DNA of 60,455 bases, filler included. It is 5 parts of 5 records of this genome, joined end to end, with 100 filler letters (N's around TTAATTAATTAA, not from the genome) between each part and the next. Parts side by side here need not be neighbours in the genome. Positions count along the whole stretch, not along the records: positions 49,957 to 60,455 come from SRR2962707_3340; 4 more parts are not named here. One strand, written 5' to 3'. Below are positions 58,797 through 60,455 of this stretch, piece by piece (position 1 is the stretch's first letter; every line of letters starts with the position of its first letter). Below the pieces are notes generated by a model. That model saw only the letters and a list, made by a program, of their open reading frames with translations, ran no database searches and had not been told where the DNA came from. Made by a program: the position numbers and the translations under genes.

Positions 58797-59861
58797 TCAG
58801 GTGTTCTTCACAAGTCGCACGACACCTGACCTGACCTTTCTGGCGTATTCTGCTGGGGGCACGCCATATTTCTGATTAAACGCGGTCGAAAAATTGGTTG
58901 AATGGTTATAGCCAACTTCCCAAGCAACCTCTTTGATAGCCATGTCCGTACGCTCCAGCAGTATCTTGGCCTTTTTCATACGGACATCGCGCAGCACTTC
59001 AAAAACGGTATCTGAATAAAGCTCGCGGAACGCCTGATTAAGACGCTTTTCTGTTGTCCCAAGTTTTACGGCCAGGTCAGAGAGGCACGGCGGTTCTTGC
59101 AAATTGTCTTGCAGCATCTGATAGGCGCGCTGCGCTTTATCGATATCTGCGCGCTTTACCAATAGCTGACCATCATCTGCGTCTGCGGTCGCGCGCAAAG
59201 ATTGCTCGATTAGCGTCAGATACAAAAGCCCGATGCCTTCCATCTTGATTTGCTGGAGCGATGGCGACGTCTCTATGCTCAGATTCTGGATCAATGTTTC
59301 GCGCATGGCGTGTGTCACAGAAAAACTGATCGGCTCAATACTTTCAACATCAGGCTGCAAAAGAGGTTGCAACGATTCAGGAACGCTATTGTCAAAGTAT
59401 CGCTGGAAGACATCTGGTGTTAGGCTCAAACCCAAGGCCTGAACATTTTGTCCGCCGGGCAACGTGAAGGACGTATCCTTTCCGTCATGCACAAACAAAT
59501 GGCCCTGAACCGATGAAAAAAGAATTTCCGAACCATCTTCTGGCCGGATCATCGAATATTCCCCCTCAAGCGCGACCATTGCGATGATGAGCTTTTTACC
59601 GGATATGCTGCCCGCCGTGATGACCATGTCCTGATCCACGGTAAGGCGCTGGTAGTCGACATTACCACCGTTGGACAATGAGATACGTTCGTGATGACGG
59701 TGAATAACCTGATCGGAAATATCCCTGTCTGGGCCAACGACAATCTGGTCTTTCTCGCCCGATGCAAGTTCAAGTTCCATCTTGTATAGCGTTGAGCCCG
59801 AACGACCACCTTGTCTCAGATCGGATATGGTGCATTCTGCATCATGACGCCCCGCCATCAA
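58797..59861 (-). CDS. AraC-family transcriptional regulator (PchR/YbtA-like)
   Basis: C-terminal double HTH 'PPCLSDLAVKLGTTEKRLNQAFRELY...RMKKAKILL...KEVAWEVGYNHSTNFSTAF'. Confidence 0.92.
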   Translation of the reverse strand: MMAGRHDAECTISDLRQGGRSGSTLYKMELELASGEKDQIVVGPDRDISDQVIHRHHERISLSNGGNVDYQRLTVDQDMVITAGSISGKKLIIAMVALEGEYSMIRPEDGSEILFSSVQGHLFVHDGKDTSFTLPGGQNVQALGLSLTPDVFQRYFDNSVPESLQPLLQPDVESIEPISFSVTHAMRETLIQNLSIETSPSLQQIKMEGIGLLYLTLIEQSLRATADADDGQLLVKRADIDKAQRAYQMLQDNLQEPPCLSDLAVKLGTTEKRLNQAFRELYSDTVFEVLRDVRMKKAKILLERTDMAIKEVAWEVGYNHSTNFSTAFNQKYGVPPAEYARKVRSGVVRLVKNT

Positions 59862-60113
59862 TCAAACCCATCTTGTTCCAACAGTTCCGTCAAAGATCAG
59901 TATGACTTGCGTACACGCTTTTGGCCAAACTGATAACCGCAAAACTGTTTTTTCTTCCTATTGATAATCACTGTTGCACACGTATCTGAACAGTTGGCGT
60001 CATGCCCAACTTTAAACGTGCCGCACATGACCGAGTTGCGTTCTCATCGCCCTCACATAACCTGAATACTTATCAGGAAACAGATGAACACAACGTTCCG
60101 AAACACATGACAT

Positions 60114-60340
60114 GTGCCCCATCCCGGACGAGAAACGTTGCGTGCAGCGCTCAACAAACAGCCTGATGATTTTGACCCAAGCACTATCGTGAATGGAACG
60201 TCATCGAGCGCATGCTTGGCGATCTCACGGACTTCCGCAAGATCGCCACAATATACGACAAAAACGCTCAAAACTTTATGCTGTGGTTATACTTAGCTGC
60301 CCTAATATGCTAGTGGATTTCAATGAGTGTAGACGCTAAG
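60114..60340 (+). pseudogene. IS5-family transposase C-terminal relic with degenerate right end
   Basis: Frame from 60182 reads HYREWNVIERMLGDLTDFRKIATIYDKNAQNFMLWLYLAALIC*W, matching IS5 'YxxRNxIERxFxxLKxFRRIATRYDK'. Frameshift near 60181, in-frame TAG at 60311, end-like ATGAGTGTAGACGCTAAG. Confidence 0.8.
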
Positions 60341-60455
60341 GCATAGGAACTTCTGTTGTAAACTTAGGAACAGAATAACCTGCATGTACCGCCGGGCGTT
60401 CAGCGATGCGCAAATACCAGTCTTTGATGTTTGGAAAAGCGTTCAAATCCACTTC

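Noticed and set aside
1-60455. CRISPR array, tRNA or rRNA genes
   Set aside because: No regularly spaced identical repeats with unique spacers, no cas genes, and no recognisable tRNA or rRNA sequence seen by eye. A tRNAscan/cmscan run would be the formal check.

Overview
This window is not one genomic locus. It is five unrelated contigs joined by identical artificial 100-nt linkers (N44-TTAATTAATTAA-N44) at 6763-6862, 14308-14407, 40460-40559 and 49857-49956. Taxonomic labels below are inferred from gene content and composition only. Contig 1 (1-6762, alphaproteobacterium, Rhodospirillales/Thalassospira-like) has a YnjBCD-type ABC transporter, a 2OG-Fe(II) oxygenase, a degenerate QueF-fold protein, a FliK-like protein and a partial flhG. 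Contig 2 (6863-14307, eukaryotic, probably a protist) has a 14-exon gene for a kelch-propeller / TM / TKL-type receptor kinase, including one GC-AG intron, convergent with an intronless Golgi-type sulfotransferase. Contig 3 (14408-40459, AT-rich Flavobacteriaceae-like) has a DUF4382 lipoprotein, a moxR-DUF58-bat operon, SulP plus beta-carbonic anhydrase, cvpA, pheS, a Tat-signal aminotransferase with a permease, a GbsR/MarR-RND efflux operon and several palindromic repeat families. Contig 4 (40560-49856, Cytophagales-like) has infB, a HisA paralog lacking its N-terminal catalytic Asp, and a small T9SS cargo gene between two OmpR-family two-component systems. Contig 5 (49957-60455, alphaproteobacterium) holds the best candidate for an undescribed system. 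An AraC regulator precedes an operon encoding a lipoprotein TPR-secretin fusion with no N0-N3 domains and no adjacent T2SS/T4P machinery. It is followed by two large exported tectonin beta-propeller proteins (about 18 and 12 blades), the second also carrying Cys-rich repeats and a helical toxin/translocator-like core. A further exported protein is cut by the contig end, and an IS5 relic lies upstream.
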